Origin: Gemmata obscuriglobus
Lineage (GTDB): Bacteria; Planctomycetota; Planctomycetia; Gemmatales; Gemmataceae
Length of the DNA stretch: 32,000 nt
Assembly: GCF_008065095.1 (NCBI RefSeq)
Contig: NZ_CP042911.1
Span: forward strand, 4,170,001-4,202,000
Direction: 5' to 3'
Under the pieces are notes generated by a model. It worked only from the letters and a program-made list of their open reading frames with translations, was not told the origin of the DNA and did not search any database. A program made the position numbers and the translations under genes. Below are positions 22,856-32,000 of this stretch, piece after piece (position 1 is the first letter of the stretch; each line of letters starts with the position of its first letter).

Positions 22856-23842
22856 CTATTTTCGGCCCGGCAGGTCGTCCCTGAACAGTTCGCTCACAGA
22901 CTCGTTGCCGTGAATTCGTCCGATCGCGTTGGCGATCAGATTCGCGACCGAAATCACCTTCATATTTGGAAGTTGCTTGTCCGGGGGCAGTGGAACACTG
23001 TCCGTGATGACGATCTGGTCGATCGCCGACCCCCTCAGCCGCTCGATGGCCGGACCGCACAGCACCCCGTGCGTGGCACACACGAACACGTGCTTGGCGC
23101 CGTGGTCACGCGCCACCCGCACGGCCCCGCTGATGGTCCCGGCGGTCGAGATCATGTCGTCGTACAGCACCACCGACTTGCCCTCGAGCGGCGCGCCGAT
23201 CAGGTGCCCGTGTTTGATCTCCGTCGCGCTGCTGCGGCGCTTGTCGGCCACCGCGATCAGCCCGCCGACATTCTTTTGGAAATCGAGCGCCTTTTTAATG
23301 CTCCCTTCGTCCGGGCTGAGCACCACCAGATCGCTCTGGTCGATGTTGAGCGAGCGGACGTACTTGGCGATCTCCTTGACCGCGTACAGGTGGTCCACCG
23401 GGATGTCGAAGAACCCCTGGATCTGTGCGGCGTGCAGGTCCAGGGCCAGAACGCGGTCGGCGCCGGCCTTGGTGATGAGGTTGGCGACGAGCTTCGCGGA
23501 GATGGGAACGCGGCCCTTGTCCTTGCGGTCCTGGCGGGCGTAGCCGTAGTACGGGAGGACGGTGGTGATCCGCGCGGGGCTGGCCCGCTTGAACGCGTCC
23601 AGGATGATGAGCAGTTCCATCAGGTGGTCGTTCACCGGGGTGCAGGTGGGCTGCACGATGAACACGTCCCGGCCGCGCACGTCCTCCTCAATGCGGACGC
23701 TGGTCTCCTTGTCCGGGAAGTCGCCGATGGTGAGGTTGCCGAGCGGCACCGCGAGCGCCCTCGCAATACCCTCGGCCAGCGGACGGTTGGCCCGCCCGCT
23801 GAAGATCTTGAGCTTGGTGTTGACCGTTCCGAACACGGACAT
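22856..23842 (-). CDS. prs: Ribose-phosphate pyrophosphokinase (PRPP synthetase)
   Basis: 328 aa with ATG at 23842, preceded by AGGAG. Motifs are LKIFSG, the YYGYARQDRK flexible loop, DLHA.QIQGFF, and the PRPP-binding loop VVLYDDMISTAGT. Confidence 0.93.
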   Translation of the reverse strand: MSVFGTVNTKLKIFSGRANRPLAEGIARALAVPLGNLTIGDFPDKETSVRIEEDVRGRDVFIVQPTCTPVNDHLMELLIILDAFKRASPARITTVLPYYGYARQDRKDKGRVPISAKLVANLITKAGADRVLALDLHAAQIQGFFDIPVDHLYAVKEIAKYVRSLNIDQSDLVVLSPDEGSIKKALDFQKNVGGLIAVADKRRSSATEIKHGHLIGAPLEGKSVVLYDDMISTAGTISGAVRVARDHGAKHVFVCATHGVLCGPAIERLRGSAIDQIVITDSVPLPPDKQLPNMKVISVANLIANAIGRIHGNESVSELFRDDLPGRK

Positions 23843-24011
23843 CTCCTGAGCGCCCCCGGCATGGAACGGGACCGCGACAGAGGGGGAACCGCATTATGTA
23901 TCACTATTTATTAGGCCGCCAGCGCGTGCACGAAAAACGGTTGTGTCGGGAATAACGGCGATCCGGTATCGTAAAAACCCCAACAGCCCCGCCCCACGAG
24001 CATCGGTTCCA

Positions 24012-25202
24012 ATGTCGGACGTGAACGACCACCTTGCGCTGGCGCTCGTGCCGGGACTCGGTCCGAAACTGACAGCCGCACTGCTCGAGCGGTTCGGCAC
24101 GGCCGCCGCGGCCCTTCGGGCCACCGCCGCGGATCTGGTTCAGATCCCACACATCGGTGAAAAGCTCGCAACGGCCCTCGCTGCGGCCTTGCGTGCGGTC
24201 AACATCGATTCGGAACTCGCTCTTTTGGAGCGGCACGGCGTGCGGCCGGTCGCACTCGGCTCGTCCGAGTACCCGGCGCCGCTGGCCGCGGTGCCGGCGC
24301 CGCCACCGCTGTTGTACGTCCGGGGGGCGTGGGTTGCCGCGGACGTGAACGCGATCGGCATCGTGGGCGCGCGGTCCTGCACCGCCTACGGAAAAAGACT
24401 TGCGGAGCAGATCTCACGGGATCTCGTGCGCGCCGGGTTCACCGTCGTATCGGGCCTGGCACGCGGGATCGACGGGGCGGCCCACCGCGCGGCGCTGGCG
24501 GCCGGCGGGCGCACGATCGCGGTTCTCGCCGGCGGCCTCTCCTCCATTTACCCGCCGGAACACGCGGACCTTGCGGCGGAGGTGGCGGGAAACGGGTGCC
24601 TGGTGACCGAAACCCCGATGGCCGTGGCGCCGCAGCCCGGGATGTTTCCGGCGCGGAACCGGATCATCAGCGGGTTGAGTCGGGGGATCGTGGTGATCGA
24701 GGCGAACGCGAAGAGCGGCGCGCTGATCACGGCGACGCACGCCGCCGAGCAGGGGCGCGAAACGTTCGCCGTGCCCGGGAACGTGGACAGCGCGGCCAGC
24801 GCCGGCTGTCTGGAACTCTTGCGCAAGGGCGCCCGGCTCGTGCGCGGCGCCGACGACATCATCGAAGACCTGAAGGGTATCGCGACAGCCGACTACCCTG
24901 CTGGTTCGATGGACCGTGGTCTGGCACCCGCAGGAACCCAGTATAAAGGCGCTCAAGGGCACCCGTCGCAGGAGGACGCGGTAACCGGTCGAGCCGTTCG
25001 GGAGGACGTTCCCCGTCCGCCGGCACCAATACTGGACGTGACCCAGCAGCGCGTGTTCGACGCCCTCGCGGACAAACGGCACGCGGACGAACTGGCACGC
25101 GAACTGGGCGTGGCGGTCGGCGAGTTGTCGCGCATCCTGATGCAACTGGAACTGAAGAAGGTGCTCCGGCGACTGCCCGGCAACTTCTATGAGCGGCGGT
25201 GA
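24012..25202 (+). CDS. dprA: DNA-processing protein DprA (Smf)
   Basis: 396 aa from the ATG at 24012 (the track start at 23943 is GTG). It has a SAM-like N-terminus and a Rossmann-fold core: IVGARSCTAYGKR, SGLARGIDGAAHRAAL, FPARNRIISGLS, VVIEANAKSGALITA. A C-terminal winged-helix tail is also present. Confidence 0.88.
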   Translation: MSDVNDHLALALVPGLGPKLTAALLERFGTAAAALRATAADLVQIPHIGEKLATALAAALRAVNIDSELALLERHGVRPVALGSSEYPAPLAAVPAPPPLLYVRGAWVAADVNAIGIVGARSCTAYGKRLAEQISRDLVRAGFTVVSGLARGIDGAAHRAALAAGGRTIAVLAGGLSSIYPPEHADLAAEVAGNGCLVTETPMAVAPQPGMFPARNRIISGLSRGIVVIEANAKSGALITATHAAEQGRETFAVPGNVDSAASAGCLELLRKGARLVRGADDIIEDLKGIATADYPAGSMDRGLAPAGTQYKGAQGHPSQEDAVTGRAVREDVPRPPAPILDVTQQRVFDALADKRHADELARELGVAVGELSRILMQLELKKVLRRLPGNFYERR

Positions 25203-25464
25203 AAAGGGAAGGGCGTTGCGCCAGAACGTAAGGCCCTGCGACAAGGGGCGGGCCAGGTTGGTGGTGGACAACGACCGGCACCCGCGCGGTGCCGGAGGCG
25301 GGGATCGCGGGTTACCGTTTTTGCCGACTGAGTGGGCCGCGTCGAAGTCAGCACGCCCGGCCCGTGTCGGCCGTGCGTCTGCTACCCGTGCCCCCTCCCA
25401 GAGAAGACACAGGTAGCCGATCCCCGAGAACAAATGGTGGATTAAAAAGCGCTCCGCGCATGCC

Positions 25465-26286
25465 TTACTTCTTGTTCGCAATCAGGTTGGTCGTGAGCGC
25501 CTTTTCTGTGGGCTCGCGGATGTCCCACACCAGTCCGACGGCACCCAGCGCGCGGATGATGTAGTAGCTCATGTCCACCTCCCACCACTTGAACCCCTGG
25601 CGCGCACAACTCTGGTAGTGGTGGTGATTGTTGTGCCAACCCTCGCCCATCGTCAGGATCGCGGCCCACCAGCAGTTCTTGCTTTGGTCCGTCGTTTCGT
25701 ACCGGCGTGTGCCGAACAGGTGGCACGCCGAATTCACCAGGAATGTGGCGTGGTACAGGCACACCGTGCCCACCAAGAACCCCCACACTACACCGCTCCA
25801 GCCGGCCAGAAGGTAACACAGCACGGCAAGCGACAGCCCGGGCACCCAGGTAAATGAGGAGTCCAGGACGCGCAGCTCGCGGAACCGAGCGAAGTCTCTC
25901 ATCTCAGGGGCGTTCGTGAACCGCCCGGAAATCACCCAGCCGATGTGCGCCCACCACACGGTCCGGACGATCGGCGAGTGCGGATCGTCCTCCTGATCGG
26001 AGTGCTTGTGGTGGTGGCGGTGGTGCCCGGCCCACCACAGCGGCCCCTTCTGCATCGCGGCGCAGCCGATCCACGCAAGCACGAACTGGAACCAGCGGCT
26101 CGTCTTGTAGGCGCGGTGGGCGAAGTAACGGTGGTACACACCGGTAATGCCGAACATACGCGTGACATAGAAGAGCAACCCGAGCCCCGCGGCCTCCCAG
26201 GTGAACGGCACGAAGAACGGCGCCACCACCGCCGCGACGTGCAGCAGGATGAACGGAACAGTACGCGCGCGCGCGTACCAGTCCAT
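25465..26286 (-). CDS. Acyl-CoA (delta-9-type) fatty-acid desaturase
   Basis: 273 aa from the first ATG at 26286 (the track start at 26463 is TTG). All three histidine boxes are present: HRYFAH, HRHHHKHSD, HNNHHHY. Confidence 0.85.
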   Translation of the reverse strand: MDWYARARTVPFILLHVAAVVAPFFVPFTWEAAGLGLLFYVTRMFGITGVYHRYFAHRAYKTSRWFQFVLAWIGCAAMQKGPLWWAGHHRHHHKHSDQEDDPHSPIVRTVWWAHIGWVISGRFTNAPEMRDFARFRELRVLDSSFTWVPGLSLAVLCYLLAGWSGVVWGFLVGTVCLYHATFLVNSACHLFGTRRYETTDQSKNCWWAAILTMGEGWHNNHHHYQSCARQGFKWWEVDMSYYIIRALGAVGLVWDIREPTEKALTTNLIANKK

Positions 26287-26857
26287 TGCCGGCTCGGGTA
26301 ACTGTGGCAGTTTGGGAACGGTAATCACGGGCGACACGCCCGAATTTGGTGCAGTGGCAGGAATAGCGGCGGCTCCGATGAGCGTGCGAGTTGGATACGG
26401 CGTCCTGGATAAAATTAGGACTCCCAGGTCGCTAATGCTCGCATGAAATCCGAAATCCCACAAGCCGCATTGCCGGTGCCGTCACGGCGCCCCGAAAGCG
26501 ATGATCGCGGTGCCAACGGATCCCAACCGCTTTTCTGCGTGGCCAGTTGACACAAGCCCGGGCGAGCATTCGTGGACGCGGCTCACGCCGTCCACGGGGT
26601 ACTTTTTGTGCTGCGTGTGGTGCCAAGTGTGGAGTTCGTGTGCGGGCTTTCGAGACCCTGCCGGTTCAACGTACTGGCTCGGCCTCAAGACCCTAACGTA
26701 CCGGACGTTCGGCGGCGCCTCATGCTTGCCCGCGTAAAGCGTCGGACATAACCGGGGCCGCACCCAGACACCCGGACGCACCGGCCGGAATATGTTTTCC
26801 CGCGCCGAGGCCGTTTGTGTAAATTAGAGCACGTCTGCTCCTTCGGAGACCGTCTCA

Positions 26858-28690
26858 ATGCGCCGTTACGGGATGCCGCTCGCCGTTGTGCTGCTGCTCG
26901 CCGCGCTGCCGCTCGTTCCGATCGTCGGGCAGGAAAAACGAGTGCCCCCGGACGCACCGGTGCTTCCGGGCAAACGTCTCCCGGCGCGCCCCGGTGCGGG
27001 TCCGACCGCTTCCCCCGGCGCGCAACTCAGTGACGACGCGGCGTTGAAGGCTGCGGGGCTCACGTCGACCGACGCCGACTCGCTGCTCGCCTACCTCAAG
27101 GCTCGCACCCTTTCGGACGACGACCAGAACAAAATCGGTGAGGTGATTGCCCGCTTCGGCACCGACGAGTTCGAGGCGCGCGTCCGGGCCACGGACGAGG
27201 TGGAGAAGTTCGGCTCCGCGGCGATCGGCCCGCTCAAGGCCGCGGTGCAGAACCCCGACCCCGAGGTCGCGTACCGTGCGCGGATCGCGCTGAAGCGGGT
27301 GGAAAAAGTCCCCCACTCGGCCGTGGCGTCGGCCGCGGTCCGCGCGCTGGTCAAGCTCAAACCCAGGGATGCCGCGGCGGTGATGCTCGGGTTCCTCCCG
27401 ATGGCCGACACGGAGGAAGTGGCGGACGACATCCGCGCCGGCCTCGTCGCGCTGGCGGTCAACGACGCCGGTAAACCGGAGCCGGCCCTGCTCAAGGCGC
27501 TCGACGACAAGTTAGTGGTCCGCCGATCCGCTGCGTACGTCGCGCTGACAGAAGGCGGCGCCGGCGCCGAACGCATTCGCATCAAGGACGCGTTCCCGCT
27601 GGTGAAGGCCGCGGTGCGAAAGGAGTCCGACACCGACGCCAAGTTTCGTGGGCTGTGGGCGCTGCTGCTCACCACTCGCGAACGGGAGTTCGTCCCGGAC
27701 CTGATCGGCCTGATCCCGCAGTTGCCCCGCGGTCGCATCTGGCAGTTGGAGGAGTTCCTCCTGCTCGCCGCCGGGGACACCCGACCGGACGCCAAGTTCG
27801 GCAAATCCGAGGAGTCACTAACGAAGGCACGCGACGCGTGGGCCGGGTGGTGGAAGCAGAAGGGCGCCGCGTTCGATCTGGCGGCGTTCGAGTTCAACCC
27901 GCGCATCACCGGCTTCACGGACGTGATCGAGTACGACGGAAGTTTCGGGCGCTACCGGGTCGTCACGCTGGGGCCGGACCAGAAGGAGAAAGCTCATCTG
28001 GGGGCGATCGGGGTGAATCAACTCAGCTTCCCGACCGACGTGAAGAAGTTGCCCAACGGTAACTACCTGATCGCGGAGTTGAACATGAACCGCGTGACGG
28101 AGCGCGACTCCACGAGCCGCATCGTGAAGACCACGATCATTACGCAGCCGCTCGGCGTCGAACTGCTGTCCGACGGTGGGGTGGTGTACGTGTGCCGCAA
28201 CCAGATCCTCGTGCGCGACAAGGACGGCAAGCAAGTGTGGCAGTTCACGCGCGGACAGCACGACATTATGGGCGGGTGCCGGCTGCCGAACGGTGACATC
28301 GCGTTCGTGACGATGTGGAACGGTGCGAACAACCAGGCGAACTTGTTCCGCCTGGCCGGTAAAGACGGCAAAGAGGTGGGCAAGCCGCTGTCGCTGGCCC
28401 GGGTACAGCAACTGCACGGCATGAACGCATCCGGCGACGACCGGATTCTGGTGTGCGAGTACAACCGCGTGGCCGAGTACGATCTGAAGGCCGGCAAAGA
28501 GGTGTGGAAGTACGACGTGAACAACGCGACGTGCGCGCAGCGGCTGCCGAACGGCCACACACTCATCACGTACATGTCCGCGTCGCAGGGCCAGCCCGGC
28601 AAAGTGATCGAGGTGGACACGAGTGGCGACATCGTGTGGGACTACTCGCCGAAGGACAACATGCGCCCGTCCCGAGCGATCCGGCGGTAA
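26858..28690 (+). CDS. Secreted protein with an N-terminal HEAT/armadillo-like repeat region and a C-terminal beta-propeller-like (PQQ/WD-like) region
   Basis: 610 aa. The signal peptide is MRRYGMPLAVVLLLAALPLVPIVG. HEAT-like segments include ARVRATDEVEKFGSAAIGPLKAAVQNPDPEVAYRARIAL. The C-terminal half has repeated LPNG(N/D/H) and GK(Q/E)VW blade-like units. The function is unknown. Confidence 0.6.
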   Translation: MRRYGMPLAVVLLLAALPLVPIVGQEKRVPPDAPVLPGKRLPARPGAGPTASPGAQLSDDAALKAAGLTSTDADSLLAYLKARTLSDDDQNKIGEVIARFGTDEFEARVRATDEVEKFGSAAIGPLKAAVQNPDPEVAYRARIALKRVEKVPHSAVASAAVRALVKLKPRDAAAVMLGFLPMADTEEVADDIRAGLVALAVNDAGKPEPALLKALDDKLVVRRSAAYVALTEGGAGAERIRIKDAFPLVKAAVRKESDTDAKFRGLWALLLTTREREFVPDLIGLIPQLPRGRIWQLEEFLLLAAGDTRPDAKFGKSEESLTKARDAWAGWWKQKGAAFDLAAFEFNPRITGFTDVIEYDGSFGRYRVVTLGPDQKEKAHLGAIGVNQLSFPTDVKKLPNGNYLIAELNMNRVTERDSTSRIVKTTIITQPLGVELLSDGGVVYVCRNQILVRDKDGKQVWQFTRGQHDIMGGCRLPNGDIAFVTMWNGANNQANLFRLAGKDGKEVGKPLSLARVQQLHGMNASGDDRILVCEYNRVAEYDLKAGKEVWKYDVNNATCAQRLPNGHTLITYMSASQGQPGKVIEVDTSGDIVWDYSPKDNMRPSRAIRR

Positions 28691-29079
28691 CACCCACGAA
28701 GGTGGCAAGGGCGTGCGCACGATCCGTGGCGCATTGCTCAGCGACGATGAACGGTTCACCAAACACTTCGCAGGCACGACAACACCGGGGTGCAGCACCT
28801 CGCCCCGGCACTGATCGCACGCGTCCACCAGGTTCACGAGCGGCAAGTCCACACCCGTGCCTCTGAACTATCACCACACCGCACCGGCGTACTCCGACGC
28901 GCGACAGGGAGATCAGAACAGAGCAACTCGCCCTGGCGACCGCATGACCGAATCCGGCAACGGGTTACATTGTGCATCGTGGCATCCGCCTGCTACCGGA
29001 AAGTGGTAAATAGTCTGCCGGGCGCGCATAAACCCGTAACTTAACGGGAAGAATCTCCATACTCAGTTTTGGGACAGCA

Positions 29080-30699
29080 ATGGCGCGCGTACTCATCGCC
29101 GACAAGCTGGAGTCGTCCGGGATCGAACTGCTTCAGGCCGCTGGGATCGAAGTGGACAACCGCCCCGGTTTGAAGGGGGATGAGCTGAAGGCCGCCATTC
29201 AGGCCGCCGACGCCGTCATCTGTCGGTCGCAGCCGAAGCTCAGCGCCGAGTACTTCGACAACCCTGGAAAGATGCGCGCGGTGGCTCGCGCCGGCGTCGG
29301 CGTGGACAACATCGACGTGGCCGCGGCCACCCGCAAGGGGGTCGTGGTGATGAACACGCCCGGCGGGAACACGGTGTCCGCCGCGGAGCACACCATCGCC
29401 CTCTTGCTCGCCCTCTCGCGGCGCATCCCGGCCGCGGACGCGACCATGAAGGCGGGCGGTTGGGACCGCAACAAGTTCGTCGGGACCGAGGTGGCGGGTA
29501 AGGTGCTCGGCGTGGTCGGGCTCGGGCGTATCGGGCGCGAGGTGGCGCGGCGCGCGAAGGGCCTCGACATGAAGGTGATCGCGCTGGACCAGTTCGTGAC
29601 TGCCGCCAAGGTGGCCGAACTGGGGTACGAGTCGGCGGCGAGCCTGGACGAGCTGCTGCCCAAGGTCGACTATCTCACGCTGCACGTTCCCGGCGGGGCC
29701 GAAACGAAGAGCATGGTCGGCGCCCGCGAACTGGGGCTGATGAAAAAGACCGCCCGTGTGTTGAACGTCGCCCGCGGCGGCATCATCGACGAGAAGGCGC
29801 TGGCCGAGGCTCTGGCCGCCGGCACCATTGCGGGGGCCGGCGTGGACGTGTTCAGCGTGGAGCCGATCGCGGCGGACAACCCGCTCGCGAAAGCCCCGAA
29901 CATCGTCATCACCCCCCACCTGGGGGCCTCCACGCTCGAGGCGCAGGAGAACGTCGCGGTCGAGGCGGCGCAGCTCATCAAGGACTTCTTGCTGAGCGGC
30001 CAGGTTGCGAACGCGGTTAACATGGCGGCGGTAAACCCCGCCGAACTCGCGGAAGTGCGTCCGTACGTTGACCTCGCCCGTCGGCTCGGGCTGCTTCAGG
30101 CGCAGGTCGCGCAAGGGGCGATTCGCAAGGCGTCGCTCACGTACCGCGGCGAACTCGCGGGGCAAAAGACCAAGCTCCTGACCGCGGCGTTCACCGCCGG
30201 CATGCTCGAGTACCGGCTCAGCGAGGGGGTGAACCTCGTGAACGCCGACGTGCTCGCCCGCGACCGCGGGATCGAGATCGCGGAATCGTCGAGCCCGAAG
30301 AAGGGCGACTTCGCGGCGCTCCTGCACACCGAGGTCGAGACCGAGGGGGGCACGACGGTCGCGTCGGGCACTCTCTTCGGTGACCAGTACGTTCGGCTCG
30401 TGCAACTCGGGCCGTTCCGGATGGAGGGCTACCTCGACGGCGTGCTGCTGGTGTTCCGGCACCACGACGTGCCGGGACTGATCGGGTTCGTGGGCACCAT
30501 CTTCGGCAAGCACAAGGTGAACATCGCGCAGATGACGGTCGGCCGCACCTCGCCGGGCGGCGAAGCGATCGGCATTCTGAACCTCGACAACTGGCCGTCA
30601 GACGAGGCGGTCGCAGAGGTCAAAGCGCACCCGCAAATCAGTTCGGTGACGGTGGTGAAACTGCCGGCCGCGGGTGAACTTCCGGCGTGGCTCGGTTAA
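29080..30699 (+). CDS. serA: D-3-phosphoglycerate dehydrogenase (long form with ASB and ACT domains)
   Basis: 539 aa. The NAD-binding motif is GVVGLGRIGREVA. The catalytic region is NVARGGIIDE...PHLGAST. The C-terminal ACT-like segment is LLVFRHHDVPGLIGFVGTIFGKHKVNIAQM. Confidence 0.92.
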   Translation: MARVLIADKLESSGIELLQAAGIEVDNRPGLKGDELKAAIQAADAVICRSQPKLSAEYFDNPGKMRAVARAGVGVDNIDVAAATRKGVVVMNTPGGNTVSAAEHTIALLLALSRRIPAADATMKAGGWDRNKFVGTEVAGKVLGVVGLGRIGREVARRAKGLDMKVIALDQFVTAAKVAELGYESAASLDELLPKVDYLTLHVPGGAETKSMVGARELGLMKKTARVLNVARGGIIDEKALAEALAAGTIAGAGVDVFSVEPIAADNPLAKAPNIVITPHLGASTLEAQENVAVEAAQLIKDFLLSGQVANAVNMAAVNPAELAEVRPYVDLARRLGLLQAQVAQGAIRKASLTYRGELAGQKTKLLTAAFTAGMLEYRLSEGVNLVNADVLARDRGIEIAESSSPKKGDFAALLHTEVETEGGTTVASGTLFGDQYVRLVQLGPFRMEGYLDGVLLVFRHHDVPGLIGFVGTIFGKHKVNIAQMTVGRTSPGGEAIGILNLDNWPSDEAVAEVKAHPQISSVTVVKLPAAGELPAWLG

Positions 30700-30777
30700 G
30701 ATCTGTGCGCGGATGTGTACGCAACGGCGGGCGACCTGTGCCCATTGAGTTGGGGTTCGCGAAACTCACGCTAGCAA

Positions 30778-30824
30778 GCCTTTCGTTCTGGCTTTCGGCC
30801 AGAACGAAGGGCTTTCGCTTTTCG
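30778..30824 (+). terminator. Hairpin plus T-rich tail between convergent serA and glgA
   Basis: gcctttcgttctggc (30778-92), loop tttcg and gccagaacgaagggc (30798-812) form a stem with one G-U. The tail is tttcgcttttcg. Confidence 0.6.
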
Positions 30825-30835
30825 CACGGCGGGCG

Positions 30836-32000
30836 TTAGCCGATTCCGGAGATTTTGCGGTACAGGCGCTCGTAAGCCTCGGCGCTGCGGTCCCAGCTCC
30901 AGTCCTGTGCCATTGCGGTCCGAACGACTTGGCGGAAGTCGTCGGGCCGCTGGCGGTACAGGACCAGCGCCCAACGCACCGTCTCGTACAGGGCGTGGGC
31001 GGTGTACTCGTTAAAGCTGAAGCCGGTCGCCCGCTGGTCGGCGAGGTTCTCTTCCGTGGCGTTCACGACCGTGTCAGCGAGGCCGCCGGTCGCACGCACC
31101 ACCGGCGGGGTGCCGTACTTCAGGCTGTACATCTGGTTCAGCCCGCACGGCTCGTACCGGCTCGGCATCAGGAACAGGTCGCTGCCGGCCTCAACCACGT
31201 GTGCCAGCGTCTCGTTGAACCCCAAGTAGATTCCCACGCGGTTCGGATTCTTGTCCCGAAGGGCCTGGAGCTGGTCGTGGTAGATCTGATCGCCGTCACC
31301 AAGCACGATGATCTGGCAGCCTAGGTCCAGAAACCCTTGCGCGGCGCTGAGCGTGATGTCGATTCCCTTTTGCCCGACGAGCCGCGCGACCATCCCCAGA
31401 ACGGGTGTGGTCGGCTCTTCGGGCAGGTTGAACCGGCGCTGGAGGTCCGCTTTACACAACGGCTTGTTCTCGAACACGTTCTCGGGCGTGTACCGCGCCG
31501 CGATGTGCTTGTCGTGGGCCGGGTTCCAGTGCTCGTAGTCGCACCCGTTCACGATCCCGGACAGCTTCCAGTGGAGGTTCGTGAGCAGCCCTTCCAGGCC
31601 GTACCCGAACTCGCCCGTCTGGATCTCGCGGGCGTAGGTGGGGCTGACCGTGTTAACCGCGTCCGCGAACACGATCCCGGACTTGAGGAAGTTGAAGCCG
31701 TAGTGCTCGAGTTGGTTCGGGTTGTAGAGCCACCCCGGCAGGCCGGTGTAGTTCATCAGCTCGCGCGGGTAAGACCCCTGGTACGCGATGTTGTGGACCG
31801 TGAACGTCGAGCGGATGCGCTGGTAGCCCGGGTTGTTGCGGTACGTCTCCGCGAGGTACGCCGGAATGAGGCCGGTTTGCCAGTCGTTTGCGTGGATCAC
31901 GTCGGGGGCGAAGCCGATGTGCGGCACCAGTTCCATGACCGCGCGGCAGAAGAACACGAACCGCACACCGTTGTCGCCGTAATCCTGCTTCCCGCCCCAG
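30836..32000 (-). CDS. glgA: Glycogen synthase (ADP-glucose type, GT5), C-terminal about 388 codons; the N-terminus lies beyond the right edge
   Basis: The frame stays open to the window edge (...GDNGVRFVFFCRAV). The track 'M' at 31966 is an internal GTG. Motifs are DVIHANDWQTGLIPAYL, TVSPTYAREI, GMVARLVGQKGID, MPSRYEPCGLNQMY and TGGLADTV. Confidence 0.9.
   Translation of the reverse strand, partial: WGGKQDYGDNGVRFVFFCRAVMELVPHIGFAPDVIHANDWQTGLIPAYLAETYRNNPGYQRIRSTFTVHNIAYQGSYPRELMNYTGLPGWLYNPNQLEHYGFNFLKSGIVFADAVNTVSPTYAREIQTGEFGYGLEGLLTNLHWKLSGIVNGCDYEHWNPAHDKHIAARYTPENVFENKPLCKADLQRRFNLPEEPTTPVLGMVARLVGQKGIDITLSAAQGFLDLGCQIIVLGDGDQIYHDQLQALRDKNPNRVGIYLGFNETLAHVVEAGSDLFLMPSRYEPCGLNQMYSLKYGTPPVVRATGGLADTVVNATEENLADQRATGFSFNEYTAHALYETVRWALVLYRQRPDDFRQVVRTAMAQDWSWDRSAEAYERLYRKISGIG

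Noticed and set aside
25441-25464. Small hairpin gcgc-gga-gcgc followed by TTTTT just after the desaturase stop (minus strand)
   Set aside because: The stem is only 4 bp. It is too weak to call a terminator without energy calculation or transcript data.
22721-25481. ORFs 22721..23914 (+, 397 aa) and 24414..25481 (-, 355 aa), plus many shorter ones
   Set aside because: They are antisense to prs and dprA respectively. No motifs are present and the composition is shadow-ORF-like.
26482-26781. 99-aa minus-strand ORF in the 570-bp desaturase/HEAT-protein divergent spacer
   Set aside because: Third-codon positions are visibly much less G/C-biased than in the real genes of this window (many cgt, tta, ctt, gtt, agg, gaa and tct codons). 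There is no RBS and no recognisable motif, so it is treated as non-coding.
27818-28852. 344-aa minus-strand ORF, whose first about 54 codons (28691-28852) lie outside the HEAT/propeller gene and contain CDQC...C
   Set aside because: Most of it is antisense to a gene with a signal peptide and repeat structure. The short non-overlapping part has only a weak Cys pattern, no supporting RBS, and no independent stop. It is not enough to call a gene.
29041-30513. 490-aa minus-strand ORF
   Set aside because: It is antisense to serA, which has unambiguous motifs. It is a shadow ORF.

Overview
This is a visibly G+C-rich bacterial chromosomal segment. Its gene content looks Planctomycetota (Gemmata-like): a Hanks-type Ser/Thr kinase with an extracytoplasmic C-terminal domain, a PEP-CTERM protein, a secreted HEAT plus beta-propeller protein, Uma2 and DUF58 genes, and 'cagacaggaatgtctg'-type palindromic elements. 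That taxonomic placement is an inference, not a search result.

Most of the window is ordinary core metabolism and maintenance:
- class I DAHP synthase
- prs
- dprA
- an acyl-CoA desaturase
- serA
- a partial glgA
- an RND/MFP efflux pair with a divergent GntR regulator
- tRNA-Leu(UAG)

Items worth a second look:
1. An intact IS4/IS701-like IS (perfect 17-bp IRs, 7-bp TSD) lies just upstream of a small ClpX-zinc-finger-like ORF whose stop overlaps the aroG start (ATGA).
2. A co-directional cluster of a serine esterase, a classical ATP-grasp ligase and a circularly permuted ATP-grasp ligase. It reads as an uncharacterised amide-bond (peptide-like metabolite or polymer) system and is my best candidate for a little-described system. 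It is interrupted by a 33-bp perfect inverted repeat and by phased T-tracts.
3. Two tandem zinc-ribbon membrane-protein paralogs share an N-terminal module and an Asp/Arg-rich linker but have different membrane anchors. One carries a 1-nt frameshift and the other a (GAT-GAC)n microsatellite.
4. An unusual density of long perfect or near-perfect intergenic palindromes, with stems of 20 to 33 bp.
5. A decayed SulP transporter remnant, an aspartate-less receiver next to the kinase, and two lower-G+C blocks with little or no coding (about 17.8-19.5 kb and about 20.5-21.4 kb).

I saw no CRISPR array, rRNA, or recognisable defence or toxin-antitoxin system. Many long ORFs in the supplied track are antisense shadow ORFs typical of high-GC DNA and were rejected. 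The track also reports GTG and TTG starts as M, so several starts were re-set to the first well-supported ATG or GTG.
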